This document shows positions 50,748 to 61,412 of a stretch of 64,000 nucleotides of DNA, in pieces (position 1 is the first letter of the stretch; every line of letters begins with the position of its first letter). The position numbers were made by a program, and so were the translations under genes. Under the pieces are notes generated by a model that had not been told where the DNA came from, searched no databases, and worked only from the letters and a program-made list of their open reading frames with translations. Source of the stretch: an uncultured virus (IMG/VR IMGVR_UViG_3300005259_000041) (lineage: Duplodnaviria; Heunggongvirae; Uroviricota; Caudoviricetes); IMG/VR virus record IMGVR_UViG_3300005259_000041. One strand, 5' to 3'.

Positions 50748-53700
50748 ATGTCGTGTCCTCCTGGTAAATATTGTGATTTTGAAGATGCCCCAGCGTCAAC
50801 TCAAGTTCCCACCGCCGCAGGTGGGCCAGAGACCGTTTTATGGGAAACGGGTGGCGAACAAACGGTTTCTAATTTAGCAAAAGCCTATCGTACGCAAATG
50901 CTGGCCTCGGAATTAACATATACGCGCGAGTGGAGAGACAACGCCCTCAGCGTGCAAGAGGGCCAATTTAAAAGCTGGGAGAAGGCAGACGGGACGTATT
51001 TTATGGAGCCTGGGGAGATTGCTAAAGATTTGCAACGCATCCCAGAGGTGGACACCAACAAGTCTTTAGTTGTAGTGCAGACGCCATCTGCTTCTGTATA
51101 TTTTAGAAAGAAGTATTTTAGATTGCTATCGTCTGCTGCGGCATGGAGCCCAGCGTTCCAATCTGCCGTTACGGATTTACTGATTCAAAAAACTATTGAC
51201 ATTGCCACCATTGAGGCTTTGACTAAGTATAGAAATATGTATGGTGTATCTGACACAGACGCCGAAGGCATCCTAACAAAAATAGCTAAAGAGCATGGAT
51301 CTGGGGCGCCGCAAAGCAAAGAATATAATCATTATCGTGCATACTGGTATGGCAAACAGGCCACAGGGATTGACGTTGGTGGCGTACTAGAAATAACAAA
51401 CTTCACTTCTTTAGCTACCAGCCTCTCCGTTGAAACTGGGGATTTAGGTAGTTGCACAATTACCTTAGAGGATCCATATAATTTACTTTACGTTAGCAAA
51501 AAAGATATTGATAATCTTTTTGAATATATTGAAGATTTAAATAAGCAAGATGATAAAACGCTGCAAACGAAAGCAGATTTAGATAAAAAGCTTGCTGATG
51601 CACAGGCTGCCCTTGTGGTAGCCAACAATAATTTACAAAAGGCCATGAAGGCAGAACAAGAAAAGCCCCCAGAGGAGACCAATGTAAGTAATGCTGCGCC
51701 AGACGCAGACCAGATTCTTACACGTATAGTAGATGATGCTGTTAATACAATTTTGCATTCGAGGGCGGCTTCAGATGTGCCACCGGAGGACTCGCTTGAG
51801 GGCGTTCCATTTTCAGAGGGCACTCTATCTGGATATATAAAATCTCAAGTTGAAGCGCAGGCAACAAATATCACCAAAGCCATGATTGTCGAGGGCAGCG
51901 CCCAAACCCCGCAAGATAAATTAACTACGTGGTGGAATGGTCAGCTCCCCCGTCTTTACAGTCTAGAGAGCGTAGACCACGGCGAATGGCGCACTAATAT
52001 GTCTATAGTGCGCGTGGCCACAATGAGTAACTCTCAAAGATGGGCTTATGTTTTGTACACCAAAAGCCGATATTGGAACGACTTAACTATTGATTACTAT
52101 TCAATGCTCCCAGATGTGTTTAAGAGTGCCCTATCGGACAGTCAGGCGGATAAATTAGTAACGTATCCCTTGCTTGACGAAATTATGAAACATTGGGGCA
52201 CTAGGTTAATGAATGAGGTTGGAACTCCTGATTATTTTTTGGATTTAGGTCCGGGCACCCCGAATTGTACAGATTCTTGTCGTCCAGCTATTCGCGCTCT
52301 AGATACTTTTATGTCTCGTGTGGCGGCCACTTCTGCTGTGTATAATGCCACGTTGGCAATGTTGGAAGAACCAGCGCCAGCAGAAGCCACAGAGGCCGCA
52401 AAAGATCAACCCCCAACTCCGTTGGAAACAGCCGAAGCAGACTTAAAGAAGGCCCAGGCAGCGGTAGATGCCGCCCAAACCGACATAGACAGATTTGACA
52501 GCGGGCAAATTGACCAAAATCCAGTCGCCAAGCTCAAAAGTGGCGCTGAATTTACACGCAAAACGGAAATTGATAACCTTTATAAATTTATGGCGGGTAG
52601 AAGTGTTTTTACCGTCATGGACGAAATATATGTGTGGATGGCCCCTGAGAAAGAGCGCTTGATGGACTTTAATCTCATGGAGCAATTATTGCAACGTTAC
52701 AACGACCTGAAGAGCAAACTTCAAAATACGGGCGACGCAGAGGCTGAGCTTAATAAGCTGAGAGACGAGGAAGCAAAGCTTCTTGAGGATAGCAAAACCC
52801 TTAAAGAAGAGCCACAGGCGGCGGAAGAGGGCACAGAAGATTGCAAATCCATTGTAAGGCAGCTGCTAGACAAGGGTGTTAATTATCTGCAGAATCTCCG
52901 CCCCGTTGGTGCGCCTATGTGGGACTCATCCGTTGCTTTTCTGGATCCAACAGCTATCTTTGCAGACGCAACTACCGAACAACTGCGCAAAATATGTACT
53001 TATAATGAAGCTTTAAAATGTACAGATGAATTCTGGCAAGAGTTTAATGTGGCTGGGCATAATATAGCACCAGCGGCAATTTTACCGCAGGGCACCGAAG
53101 AAGTGTATATCGCATTTCCATGTTCTTTTCAAAGTGCTCTTTTCCATCATTCTGGATATATTATGTATAATATGGCCGCCGGGGCCACGTCTCAGAAGTG
53201 GATTATCTACTTAGAGGGTAGCAAACTTTTCAATGTAGGGGCCTCCGCTGCAATTGACCCACCAACTTTCTCAGCCAGTCAGTTAGCCGAAATATCCAGT
53301 TTGACAGAGGCATATTGGGTTTGGTCTTCTTGCGTAGCTGCTGCGAAAACAACCACGTCTAAAATACACGGCGTAACTAAGATTAATAACATTATGGATG
53401 GTATTATATCCATTGTTGGCCCCGCTCTATCGGGGGTTACCACGGGACACCTTATTGGTATCGGTGGTATCATTGGCAGCATAGATAATGTAAGATTTAC
53501 GGGGTCTCCACGCGGCTCATGCTGGTATGAAGATAGTTTTATTGATTTTATGACTACCGTGAATTATGACCAGTATTGTGCAGTAGATAACAGTTCAGTA
53601 TATAATGCGGACACCGGCGCCGTTGTATCTGCCTCGATTAAATATCTTAAGGATTATTTTGGATTTTTACAGGCCCATGGCGCTAAATTTAAAGAAGAAA

Positions 53701-56459
53701 GCGATGCGACTTCATCTGATGCTTCGGGTGCTCAAGCGGGGACTACTACTGAAGACCAGGCTGCGGCAGACGCAGCCGCAGCGGCTAGCTCTAAGGCCGC
53801 TGTGGCTGAAATCGCACAAATTAATCAGCGTCGATCAGAGCTGCAGCGACAAGAAGAGCAGCTTACTGAACAGATTAATCAACAAGAATCATACCAGGCA
53901 GAAATGGCCGACATACGAACAAGGTTCAGCGCGTTTAATCTGGACCCCGATACCAACCCATCTCTAGAAAACCTGATAGTCTATGCTCTTGACGGTGGCA
54001 TTCAAGTTTTTAGTGGAGTTGTTACTAGGGTTTCGGAGTCTTATAACGATGGGGTTCATACAGTGTCAATCAACGCCTCATCCGTTATGCGCTTTTTAGA
54101 GATGACTAGGTTTATTAATTCTCCATCTGTTACAAATTTTGGTGGTATCTTATATGACCCCATAGACGTGCAGGTGGATAGCGATGGCACCATTGCTCCT
54201 GCTGGTAGTAAATTTAGCTGGAGGCATGGACAATACTTTGCAGCTGGTAACGTTGACTTAATGTCTATCTATACTAGCTCTTATGACCACGCAGCCGCCG
54301 TGCTAGACTCTAAAACATACGATTACTCAAGACGAGTCGGATATACATATCAAAAATTCCCGCTGGAAACACTGGACTCGGCTAATATTATTTCTGTTAT
54401 TTCAACGGGGCTGCCGTTTAATCCGTCGGTGGCCATGAAGCTTTCCGTGCCAGATTCAGCACATTCTTTTAGGCGATATAGTGACCCACGTGTAGCTAGA
54501 TCCCCTATCCCAGATAAGTGGATTAATCTATTACAGATTACAGCCAGCGCCCAAAATAAGGTTTTTGGTGATTTCGTCCCGTTTGGATGGGTTCCAGCTG
54601 ATATTACTCTTTATGACCCCAAAGTATTCACGGACGAGGCATATATTCATAATGTCGCCGTATATGATAAGGCTGAGGAAACTACCCCGTTGACAGAGCC
54701 CATCGTAGTCCCACTTAGCACTGATATTACTGGCGACCAAGCGGCCAAGCTTATCGCTTTGGTGTCTAGTTCCCTCTACCCTGGCCAAAAGGCACCTACA
54801 AAACTATCATTAAGCACATATGGCCAAGTGACTCAATATCGTGACATTCTTAGAATTGGGCTAATGAGCACCTCTACTGGATGGGTGGAGACGAAATTAA
54901 CGCCGCAGCAAATCACAGCCGAAATGGATGCTTTAAAGGCTAGGGTGAATGACTACAAAGACGTGCTGGCGGATTTTAAGGTCGGAGATGTTATTGGTGG
55001 ATACCCCAGCACGGATAGCCCAAATGACGATGAGCTAGTTAAGTGTATTGACTATAGAGACGCACAGCTATCTGTGTTGCAAAATAAAAGATCCGATGTC
55101 GTAATGAATATTGACCAAAATTTCGTGGTCATCGATATGACTTATATGGCTAGTATTGCCATTAGGGCCTTCAATTTTCAAATTAATCAAAATAGCGATT
55201 TTTGGAATACTGACAGGCTTAGCCCAAAGCAAATATGTGAAGAAGTGGCGGACCAGCTAGATTGGGAGCTTTTCCCAGACTCGCAGGGTAACATTTGGTA
55301 TAGGAAGCCGCAATATAATCGCGTTCCACTTAGTGTGTTCAAGGAAAAGATTTTACCATATGTTTTATCTTTCTTGAAAAACGTGCCAGAATTCAAGAGC
55401 AGCTGGACGGAGTGGGAACGCACTGTGGGGTTTGACGCTGCCAGTCAGAGGCTTATTAAATATCTACCCGGTATAGATAAATCTTGGGTAAAAGCCTATC
55501 AGAACAAATATCTATTAGCTCAACTTGTCGAGATAGATTATCCAATAGGGGATGCAAAATTTGCTCAAGAAGTTTTTGGGGATGCCATATCGGTAACTAC
55601 ATCAGCCAGGTCTCATTATTGCATTAAAGATAAAGATATTTTAAGTTGGTCATTTGATGAGGCCGAGCCAAAATTCTGTCGTATTAATGTGATGGGGGCC
55701 ATGGAGGGTGTAGCAGATGTGCCTGGCATGCCCGTGTATTTGACTGCTGCCGGCGTAGATTTTGATTTGTGGTATCATTACGGATTTAGGGAAGAAAAGG
55801 TACAAAAGGCTTTTATTCGTAACGCCAAAGACCAGGGCCTTCCATATGTTAGTGCCTATTTGACTAGACAATATGCTGCTCTACTACATGGCTCAGTCCA
55901 GGTAGTTGGTAATCCATTTTACCAGGTTGGAGAGGTGGTGTTTGTGGAAAGCAGGAATATGTTATTTTATGTGACGAAGGTTTCACACAATTTTTCATAT
56001 GGCGGTCAATTCGCTACTACACTGTCTCTGGGATACGGGCACTACCCAGGTGTATGGATTCCCAACCCCTACGACCCCACCGTTGCATTGCTGTCTCACG
56101 ACACTCGTTTCTTAACTGATTACGATGTATCTAATTTTGTCAAACTAACTGAATATCAGACTGAATTGGCAGCGAAAGCCACAGGTCAAAGCAATGAGAA
56201 TTCTCCAGCGGGCTCAGACCCAGATAAGGCAGCGGCAGCGGTAGCGTCTACCAGCAGTGGTGATGTTACCGGGGCAACGGTCTCGGGGAAATGGAATCCG
56301 ATAACAGGTCTTAGCCCAGATGGGGTGAAGTCTACATGGGATCCTGCCATTGTCAATAGACTAGAAGCTTCATTGTATTATAATCGTTCCAAACATGAAT
56401 TAGAAATGGTCGCTCAATTAAGGCAAGCCACAAAGGGAAAGGGTTTAACCGATGGTTAA
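50748..56459 (+). CDS. putative baseplate hub protein (1903 aa)
   Basis: CTITLEDP, VFSGVVTRV, WELFPDSQGNIWYRKP, GSVQVVGNP..FYVTKVSHNFSYG. Confidence 0.6.
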   Translation: MSCPPGKYCDFEDAPASTQVPTAAGGPETVLWETGGEQTVSNLAKAYRTQMLASELTYTREWRDNALSVQEGQFKSWEKADGTYFMEPGEIAKDLQRIPEVDTNKSLVVVQTPSASVYFRKKYFRLLSSAAAWSPAFQSAVTDLLIQKTIDIATIEALTKYRNMYGVSDTDAEGILTKIAKEHGSGAPQSKEYNHYRAYWYGKQATGIDVGGVLEITNFTSLATSLSVETGDLGSCTITLEDPYNLLYVSKKDIDNLFEYIEDLNKQDDKTLQTKADLDKKLADAQAALVVANNNLQKAMKAEQEKPPEETNVSNAAPDADQILTRIVDDAVNTILHSRAASDVPPEDSLEGVPFSEGTLSGYIKSQVEAQATNITKAMIVEGSAQTPQDKLTTWWNGQLPRLYSLESVDHGEWRTNMSIVRVATMSNSQRWAYVLYTKSRYWNDLTIDYYSMLPDVFKSALSDSQADKLVTYPLLDEIMKHWGTRLMNEVGTPDYFLDLGPGTPNCTDSCRPAIRALDTFMSRVAATSAVYNATLAMLEEPAPAEATEAAKDQPPTPLETAEADLKKAQAAVDAAQTDIDRFDSGQIDQNPVAKLKSGAEFTRKTEIDNLYKFMAGRSVFTVMDEIYVWMAPEKERLMDFNLMEQLLQRYNDLKSKLQNTGDAEAELNKLRDEEAKLLEDSKTLKEEPQAAEEGTEDCKSIVRQLLDKGVNYLQNLRPVGAPMWDSSVAFLDPTAIFADATTEQLRKICTYNEALKCTDEFWQEFNVAGHNIAPAAILPQGTEEVYIAFPCSFQSALFHHSGYIMYNMAAGATSQKWIIYLEGSKLFNVGASAAIDPPTFSASQLAEISSLTEAYWVWSSCVAAAKTTTSKIHGVTKINNIMDGIISIVGPALSGVTTGHLIGIGGIIGSIDNVRFTGSPRGSCWYEDSFIDFMTTVNYDQYCAVDNSSVYNADTGAVVSASIKYLKDYFGFLQAHGAKFKEESDATSSDASGAQAGTTTEDQAAADAAAAASSKAAVAEIAQINQRRSELQRQEEQLTEQINQQESYQAEMADIRTRFSAFNLDPDTNPSLENLIVYALDGGIQVFSGVVTRVSESYNDGVHTVSINASSVMRFLEMTRFINSPSVTNFGGILYDPIDVQVDSDGTIAPAGSKFSWRHGQYFAAGNVDLMSIYTSSYDHAAAVLDSKTYDYSRRVGYTYQKFPLETLDSANIISVISTGLPFNPSVAMKLSVPDSAHSFRRYSDPRVARSPIPDKWINLLQITASAQNKVFGDFVPFGWVPADITLYDPKVFTDEAYIHNVAVYDKAEETTPLTEPIVVPLSTDITGDQAAKLIALVSSSLYPGQKAPTKLSLSTYGQVTQYRDILRIGLMSTSTGWVETKLTPQQITAEMDALKARVNDYKDVLADFKVGDVIGGYPSTDSPNDDELVKCIDYRDAQLSVLQNKRSDVVMNIDQNFVVIDMTYMASIAIRAFNFQINQNSDFWNTDRLSPKQICEEVADQLDWELFPDSQGNIWYRKPQYNRVPLSVFKEKILPYVLSFLKNVPEFKSSWTEWERTVGFDAASQRLIKYLPGIDKSWVKAYQNKYLLAQLVEIDYPIGDAKFAQEVFGDAISVTTSARSHYCIKDKDILSWSFDEAEPKFCRINVMGAMEGVADVPGMPVYLTAAGVDFDLWYHYGFREEKVQKAFIRNAKDQGLPYVSAYLTRQYAALLHGSVQVVGNPFYQVGEVVFVESRNMLFYVTKVSHNFSYGGQFATTLSLGYGHYPGVWIPNPYDPTVALLSHDTRFLTDYDVSNFVKLTEYQTELAAKATGQSNENSPAGSDPDKAAAAVASTSSGDVTGATVSGKWNPITGLSPDGVKSTWDPAIVNRLEASLYYNRSKHELEMVAQLRQATKGKGLTDG

Positions 56460-56799
56460 TAATCAAGTTTTAAATGACGCTCTTGTTAAAATGAAACAGG
56501 TGGCCGATGTGTTTGGGAGTCAGGGTAAAACCGTTCCGGTGAGATTTGTTGTGTTGTATGATCCCACTGAGGTAGCGGAGTTAGAGCAAACTGGTGCCGT
56601 TTCATCTATGGCCGACTTAGACGACCTAACAATAAAAAATTGCAACGATTTGATTAACCAGCTGAAGAACGAGCTTGGGGTGGCTGCCGAAACATTTGTT
56701 TTTTATATTGAAACGCGAATAGATAGTGTTAGCGGCAATGGGTCTGGGTTGTTTATTTTTATAGATTATTTTTTAGCTAGACAAGGCGGAACCAAATGA
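56452..56799 (+). CDS. hypothetical protein
   Basis: Overlap-coupled ORF. Confidence 0.6.
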   Translation: MVNNQVLNDALVKMKQVADVFGSQGKTVPVRFVVLYDPTEVAELEQTGAVSSMADLDDLTIKNCNDLINQLKNELGVAAETFVFYIETRIDSVSGNGSGLFIFIDYFLARQGGTK

Positions 56800-59700
56800 C
56801 CATAGAACAAAGACCGTTTTCTTTTTCTGATTTAAGGTTCGCCACTATTGTAAGTAGCAACAAAAATGGTACTTATGATATATCGTATGGAGATAACTCT
56901 CCGCACCAAGTAAGAGTTGGTGTTCATGCGCTTTTACCGGGGGCCGGGTTTGGCGGCGGCCTACATTCGTCATTTGCGCCAGGAGAAATCGTAGGGGTTA
57001 TCCATGCGACCTACGGCGTCCCATATATTGTTGGCGGTTTGCCGTTGGCCTCTTATAAAGACGGAACCGATCAAAATCAAAGCAATCGCTCCGTGTTTCA
57101 CTCCACTTACAGAACGGGCAATAGCCCCGGAGACCACATATTAAGTAGTGGTAGTGGCGGCGACGCCGCCGTGGCCGTGTTAGCCAATGGTACGGTATTA
57201 TTAGATGGCCCAACTGGCGAAGATTATTTTAAACTAGCTCCAGATACAAGGTCCATAACTTTAGTCGCACGCGAACACTATCACGCCACAGATTCCTTTA
57301 ATTTAAGGGCTGGGTCTACTAAGCGCGACATGTATCGTATAGTAAATAAAGACGAGGATTTAAGATTAGATTTAGAAAAGGGTGACGATTCTGATAAAAT
57401 ATCTTTAACCGTGGGAGCGAGGCCAAAGCATTTGGCATTGCGGACCTCTGTTGACTATGCGGGAAAAAACAGCAAAGACATGCAACAGGATCCCGTTAAT
57501 AAGCCTAAGAACGAGGGGCTTGCTGAGTGTAGAATAGTATATCGTGAATTCGCTTCTTCGTATTTGGACCCATTGGATGAAAAAATTAAATCAGAAGACA
57601 CTAATAGAAATTTCTATAGAAAGGTGTATTTGCGTTCCAATACGTTGGAGTTGGCCGATAACGACTTAGCTGAGGTCGTGTATGGTCCACTAGTTGACAT
57701 TAATGGCTTGGTTTTGGATATCAACCACATGCCAATCCGGGCAGACGAGTCAGCTCCTCACGCTGAAATAAATACTGTTTTGATTGAGGGGGTTAGTGTT
57801 TCTGGTACTCAGGAGGATAAGCTTTCTAAGACCTATCCTACATTATTGAATAATGCTACCGTTCTCAATGTCAGGCTTAACACTCTCGGCACCGATTATA
57901 AAAGAGAGATGCATCACAGCGATGGTAAAGACGGAACTAGAAGACTTGAGGGCCTAGCCAAGGGACAAATTTCTAAAAATTGGGCTTATGATACGGCATT
58001 GGATAGTGATGTCTGGAGTAATATTAATCAGGATGATTTGAATGAGCTGAAGTCGAACAAGGGCGCATTCTTGCCGCCAATTTTTGATTTTTCAGTTGAC
58101 AAAAACGGCACATTCAAATTGCATGTACCGGCTTCTTCCCTTACTCATCCGATTGCAGAGTGGGCTAAGTACGATTTGGATGAGGCGGCAGAGGTCTTAG
58201 TCCAAAAGGGCAAAGAAGAGAATCACGTTAGGTCCAAAACAAAAAATACAGAGCTTTTCCAACGCGTTAAGAGGTACGGTGGGGAGCTTTATCATCCGGT
58301 TCATCAAACCTCCCTCAATACGATTGGCGGCGACGCTAGGGTCCTAACTAACAATTCAGGCATTAAGCACTATGCCATGACATCGCCAGTGGGCGCAAAC
58401 ATAGAATCTGGCACTGCCTCTAGCCAAGAAAAAACTGATTTATTTGATAATGCCGGCGGAGACAGCCATACCAAATCATATTGTCCCATTGGGCAGTCGG
58501 CTAAGATAAGCTTAGATGGTCGGATGGATTTATCTATCGGTCGTGACCATGCCGACTGGAAATCTTTTGTGGCGGATTTGCGTGGTGGTGCTGTCTTGCG
58601 TCTCGGCCGCATGTATGATGTCCAGCCATGCGCGTGTCAGGCTGAATCGCCTTGGGGTGAAACTAAAGTCGCAACTAGAGATGGAAAGTCGTCTCAGGAG
58701 AAAATTTTTAACGATAGGCGCTCCTTGGTTTTTGAGGCTGATGGCGCCATTACCGGCACTATTGGCAGGTCTATCGAAAGAGAGCTGAGTTTAGACTTAA
58801 ATATGAAAGCGGGTCTCAAATTACACATTGGTAAGGCCAATTATGGCATTCCGCTTCGTAGAAAGCTAATCCATTATTTTAGAGATTATAACCCTGACAA
58901 AACGTTTGACGTTGACAGTCGAGTCAATGTTGGCTATAGATTTTTTGATTCGTCTCAATCTACGGAGACTTGGGATGAGTTCAATGAAGTGCGGCATGAC
59001 AAAATTGCCTATAATCCGCGTCTGATAGATGGAACTTTTAAGGGCTCTGCTCCACAGCCATTCCCAGATGCCAAGGGGAAGCAAACACCCGAGTCCACTA
59101 ATAAAACAGCAGATAGGTCTCTAGAGGCTCCAGATCCGAAGGGGCATCACGAGCCCAGTAATGTTGTCAATAAGAAGCTGACTGACGAGGTTCGTAAAGC
59201 TAGGATTAAACACGGTCTATTTGAAGAAGTCGCCCATGTACTTAACAATAGGCATCGTTCGCAGGGCCTTGGGACTTATGATAGCGAAACTAGAAACAAC
59301 GATGAGAGATTGACTCTCAAGGCTGACGCTAGAGATACAGAAGCCGGTAGTATTAACGTGAACACTGAGGCCGATGTGTTATTGACGATAAGAGATGATT
59401 TGGACTACACTTATCGCAAGGGCAATAGAACATCTTTGCGTTTAGACACGTCCGGCCAAGTTATCGCTTGGTTGGGTGCCGACATAGATGACTATCGCAG
59501 TCTCTCCTTGGAGTGCGATGGAGCAATTCAAGCGGTGGTTGGTAAAACTAGATATGAAGGGAAATCGCTCTATGGCTTGCTGAAGGGCGGGATTAAGCTG
59601 TTTGTCGGAAAAGACAATGAGGACGTAGAGCACAACACAGACGAAGATTTAAAGGGATACCCATCCAGCAATTCGGATTACCAGTATACGTCTGAAGCCA

Positions 59701-60404
59701 ATCCAAACGGAACCGGCCCAGCTAATGGTGGGAAAAAGTATGAGAAAGTTGGGTATCATCCTCATATTGACCAGGCAACGCGCCAAGAAGCTGGAGCAGA
59801 AGAGCCTCGGCCGCATAGAGATGATTACGCTACTTGGATGGCGGCTATCCAGCAAGTAAACTATGAAGGAACATCGCTGAACCTGAAAACGTTAGGATCG
59901 AGCTGGTTGACGTTGGGCATGAACAAAGACAAGGAGTCTTTAGTTCTAGACACGGCTGGGTCAATTGTCGCTCAGATTGGCGTAGATAAGAAAAATCGTA
60001 GTGCTATTGTCCATTGTGATGGTTCGATGAGCGCTTATTTCGGAAAAGACAATCGACCGGGAGCCAATGGCGGACAAAGTTTGAACGTTCAAATGGCCGG
60101 GGGCGCACATATTTCAATTAAACCTGGCAACATTAAGGCAAATGATTTTGGAGATTCCAACACTGGAGATGGTCTCATCTTAACGGTAAGCGGCAACGTG
60201 AAAATTGTTGTATTGGATTCAGATTCTGTGCAAGTTGATATTACCACTAAGAAGTACCATGAGCAAATTCACGCCACAGACGCCATTGATTTTGTGTATG
60301 ACTCCCCAGAAATTAGACAAACATACACGGGCAATCTCACCACGATGGTGAATGGCGTAAAGCTATATAGTGGGCAGGAACTAGGGGTCACAGAGGAGAA
60401 GTAA
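56796..60404 (+). CDS. putative baseplate spike (gp5/VgrG-like)
   Basis: OB-fold-like N-terminus (PGEIVGV..PYIVG); ~22-aa beta repeats S-L-x-L-x-x-x-G-x6-G. Confidence 0.5.
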   Translation: MTIEQRPFSFSDLRFATIVSSNKNGTYDISYGDNSPHQVRVGVHALLPGAGFGGGLHSSFAPGEIVGVIHATYGVPYIVGGLPLASYKDGTDQNQSNRSVFHSTYRTGNSPGDHILSSGSGGDAAVAVLANGTVLLDGPTGEDYFKLAPDTRSITLVAREHYHATDSFNLRAGSTKRDMYRIVNKDEDLRLDLEKGDDSDKISLTVGARPKHLALRTSVDYAGKNSKDMQQDPVNKPKNEGLAECRIVYREFASSYLDPLDEKIKSEDTNRNFYRKVYLRSNTLELADNDLAEVVYGPLVDINGLVLDINHMPIRADESAPHAEINTVLIEGVSVSGTQEDKLSKTYPTLLNNATVLNVRLNTLGTDYKREMHHSDGKDGTRRLEGLAKGQISKNWAYDTALDSDVWSNINQDDLNELKSNKGAFLPPIFDFSVDKNGTFKLHVPASSLTHPIAEWAKYDLDEAAEVLVQKGKEENHVRSKTKNTELFQRVKRYGGELYHPVHQTSLNTIGGDARVLTNNSGIKHYAMTSPVGANIESGTASSQEKTDLFDNAGGDSHTKSYCPIGQSAKISLDGRMDLSIGRDHADWKSFVADLRGGAVLRLGRMYDVQPCACQAESPWGETKVATRDGKSSQEKIFNDRRSLVFEADGAITGTIGRSIERELSLDLNMKAGLKLHIGKANYGIPLRRKLIHYFRDYNPDKTFDVDSRVNVGYRFFDSSQSTETWDEFNEVRHDKIAYNPRLIDGTFKGSAPQPFPDAKGKQTPESTNKTADRSLEAPDPKGHHEPSNVVNKKLTDEVRKARIKHGLFEEVAHVLNNRHRSQGLGTYDSETRNNDERLTLKADARDTEAGSINVNTEADVLLTIRDDLDYTYRKGNRTSLRLDTSGQVIAWLGADIDDYRSLSLECDGAIQAVVGKTRYEGKSLYGLLKGGIKLFVGKDNEDVEHNTDEDLKGYPSSNSDYQYTSEANPNGTGPANGGKKYEKVGYHPHIDQATRQEAGAEEPRPHRDDYATWMAAIQQVNYEGTSLNLKTLGSSWLTLGMNKDKESLVLDTAGSIVAQIGVDKKNRSAIVHCDGSMSAYFGKDNRPGANGGQSLNVQMAGGAHISIKPGNIKANDFGDSNTGDGLILTVSGNVKIVVLDSDSVQVDITTKKYHEQIHATDAIDFVYDSPEIRQTYTGNLTTMVNGVKLYSGQELGVTEEK

Positions 60405-61412
60405 ATGCAAGTCAGCACCACTCAGTATGATATAGAATTTGGCGGCAAGCTAGATGAGTTTCTTGGCTCGTTGTTTGGAGACTTTGGAGCCGGTGGCGCC
60501 GGTCAGGGCGGCCCCGGCGGGGTGACGACTATCACTGAAGCCCTCTCTGTGGCGGAATGCGCCAACAAAGAACATATCCAGCGCGCTTTAGAGGTAGTGG
60601 ATAAGATGGACTTTTGTGTGATGGGTCCATTAAGAATTTATCTGTCTATTGTCAAAGCGCTGTCTTCGGTTGTTGGGGCTACTCTCGGTTCCATAGACCT
60701 GGGCCCCATCGCCTCTGCTATTTCCATGTTGTCTGGGTCCATTCAGTCTCTTGGCGATATTAACATGGGGATTATCAAGCTTCATACGGATATCGCGGTG
60801 AGCGCTGCTGGTATTAAGGGCCAAGGGTTAATGAATATTAAAACGCTTAGTGATTTAAAAGTTACTATCGCCGGTAGGCAAATGAGCCTTAAGCAAATGA
60901 AGGATAATAAAGGTGAGTTTTCTAAGGTGATGAGAGAAGCGGCTAAAAATTGGTGGGACTCGCAGCAGGCCGTGGTAGCTGTAAAGAACGCCCGCGATCT
61001 TATGAAAAAGGGTGTCGGCAAAATTAGAAAACTGATAGATGACATGGACACCCAGGAAAAAAAGGCAATGGACAAAGTCAATGACATTTTTAAAATTGCC
61101 AATATGCTGAAGTCTATGATTTGTTCTATATTCGGTTTGTTGAGGGCCTTTTTATCTTCTTTCCAGGCGGCTGGCATCGCTATCGGCATCCAGGGCACAA
61201 TTGTTGCTGAGACCGTTCAGGTTCTGCAGGCTATTCTTTCCGCTCTGGCTGCGTTCTTTGCTGCGCTACAAGACATGCTGAATTTTTTGAGTGTGCTCAT
61301 CACGGAATCTGAGGGAATCTCTCTTAAGATGTTTGACCATACTCTTTCCCTTGTCAAAGAAAAGTTTAGAGAGCTTAAATATGCTGCGTTTGGTGGACCT
61401 GGGGGCGGATAA
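60405..61412 (+). CDS. hypothetical alpha-helical protein
   Basis: GAGGAG RBS; amphipathic helices. Confidence 0.65.
   Translation: MQVSTTQYDIEFGGKLDEFLGSLFGDFGAGGAGQGGPGGVTTITEALSVAECANKEHIQRALEVVDKMDFCVMGPLRIYLSIVKALSSVVGATLGSIDLGPIASAISMLSGSIQSLGDINMGIIKLHTDIAVSAAGIKGQGLMNIKTLSDLKVTIAGRQMSLKQMKDNKGEFSKVMREAAKNWWDSQQAVVAVKNARDLMKKGVGKIRKLIDDMDTQEKKAMDKVNDIFKIANMLKSMICSIFGLLRAFLSSFQAAGIAIGIQGTIVAETVQVLQAILSALAAFFAALQDMLNFLSVLITESEGISLKMFDHTLSLVKEKFRELKYAAFGGPGGG

Noticed and set aside
38150..60404. Bacterial eCIS/tailocin/T6SS locus instead of a phage
   Set aside because: tRNA array, homing endonuclease, neck-like genes, chaperone frameshift and late-promoter motif fit a large phage better, although capsid and terminase are not in this window
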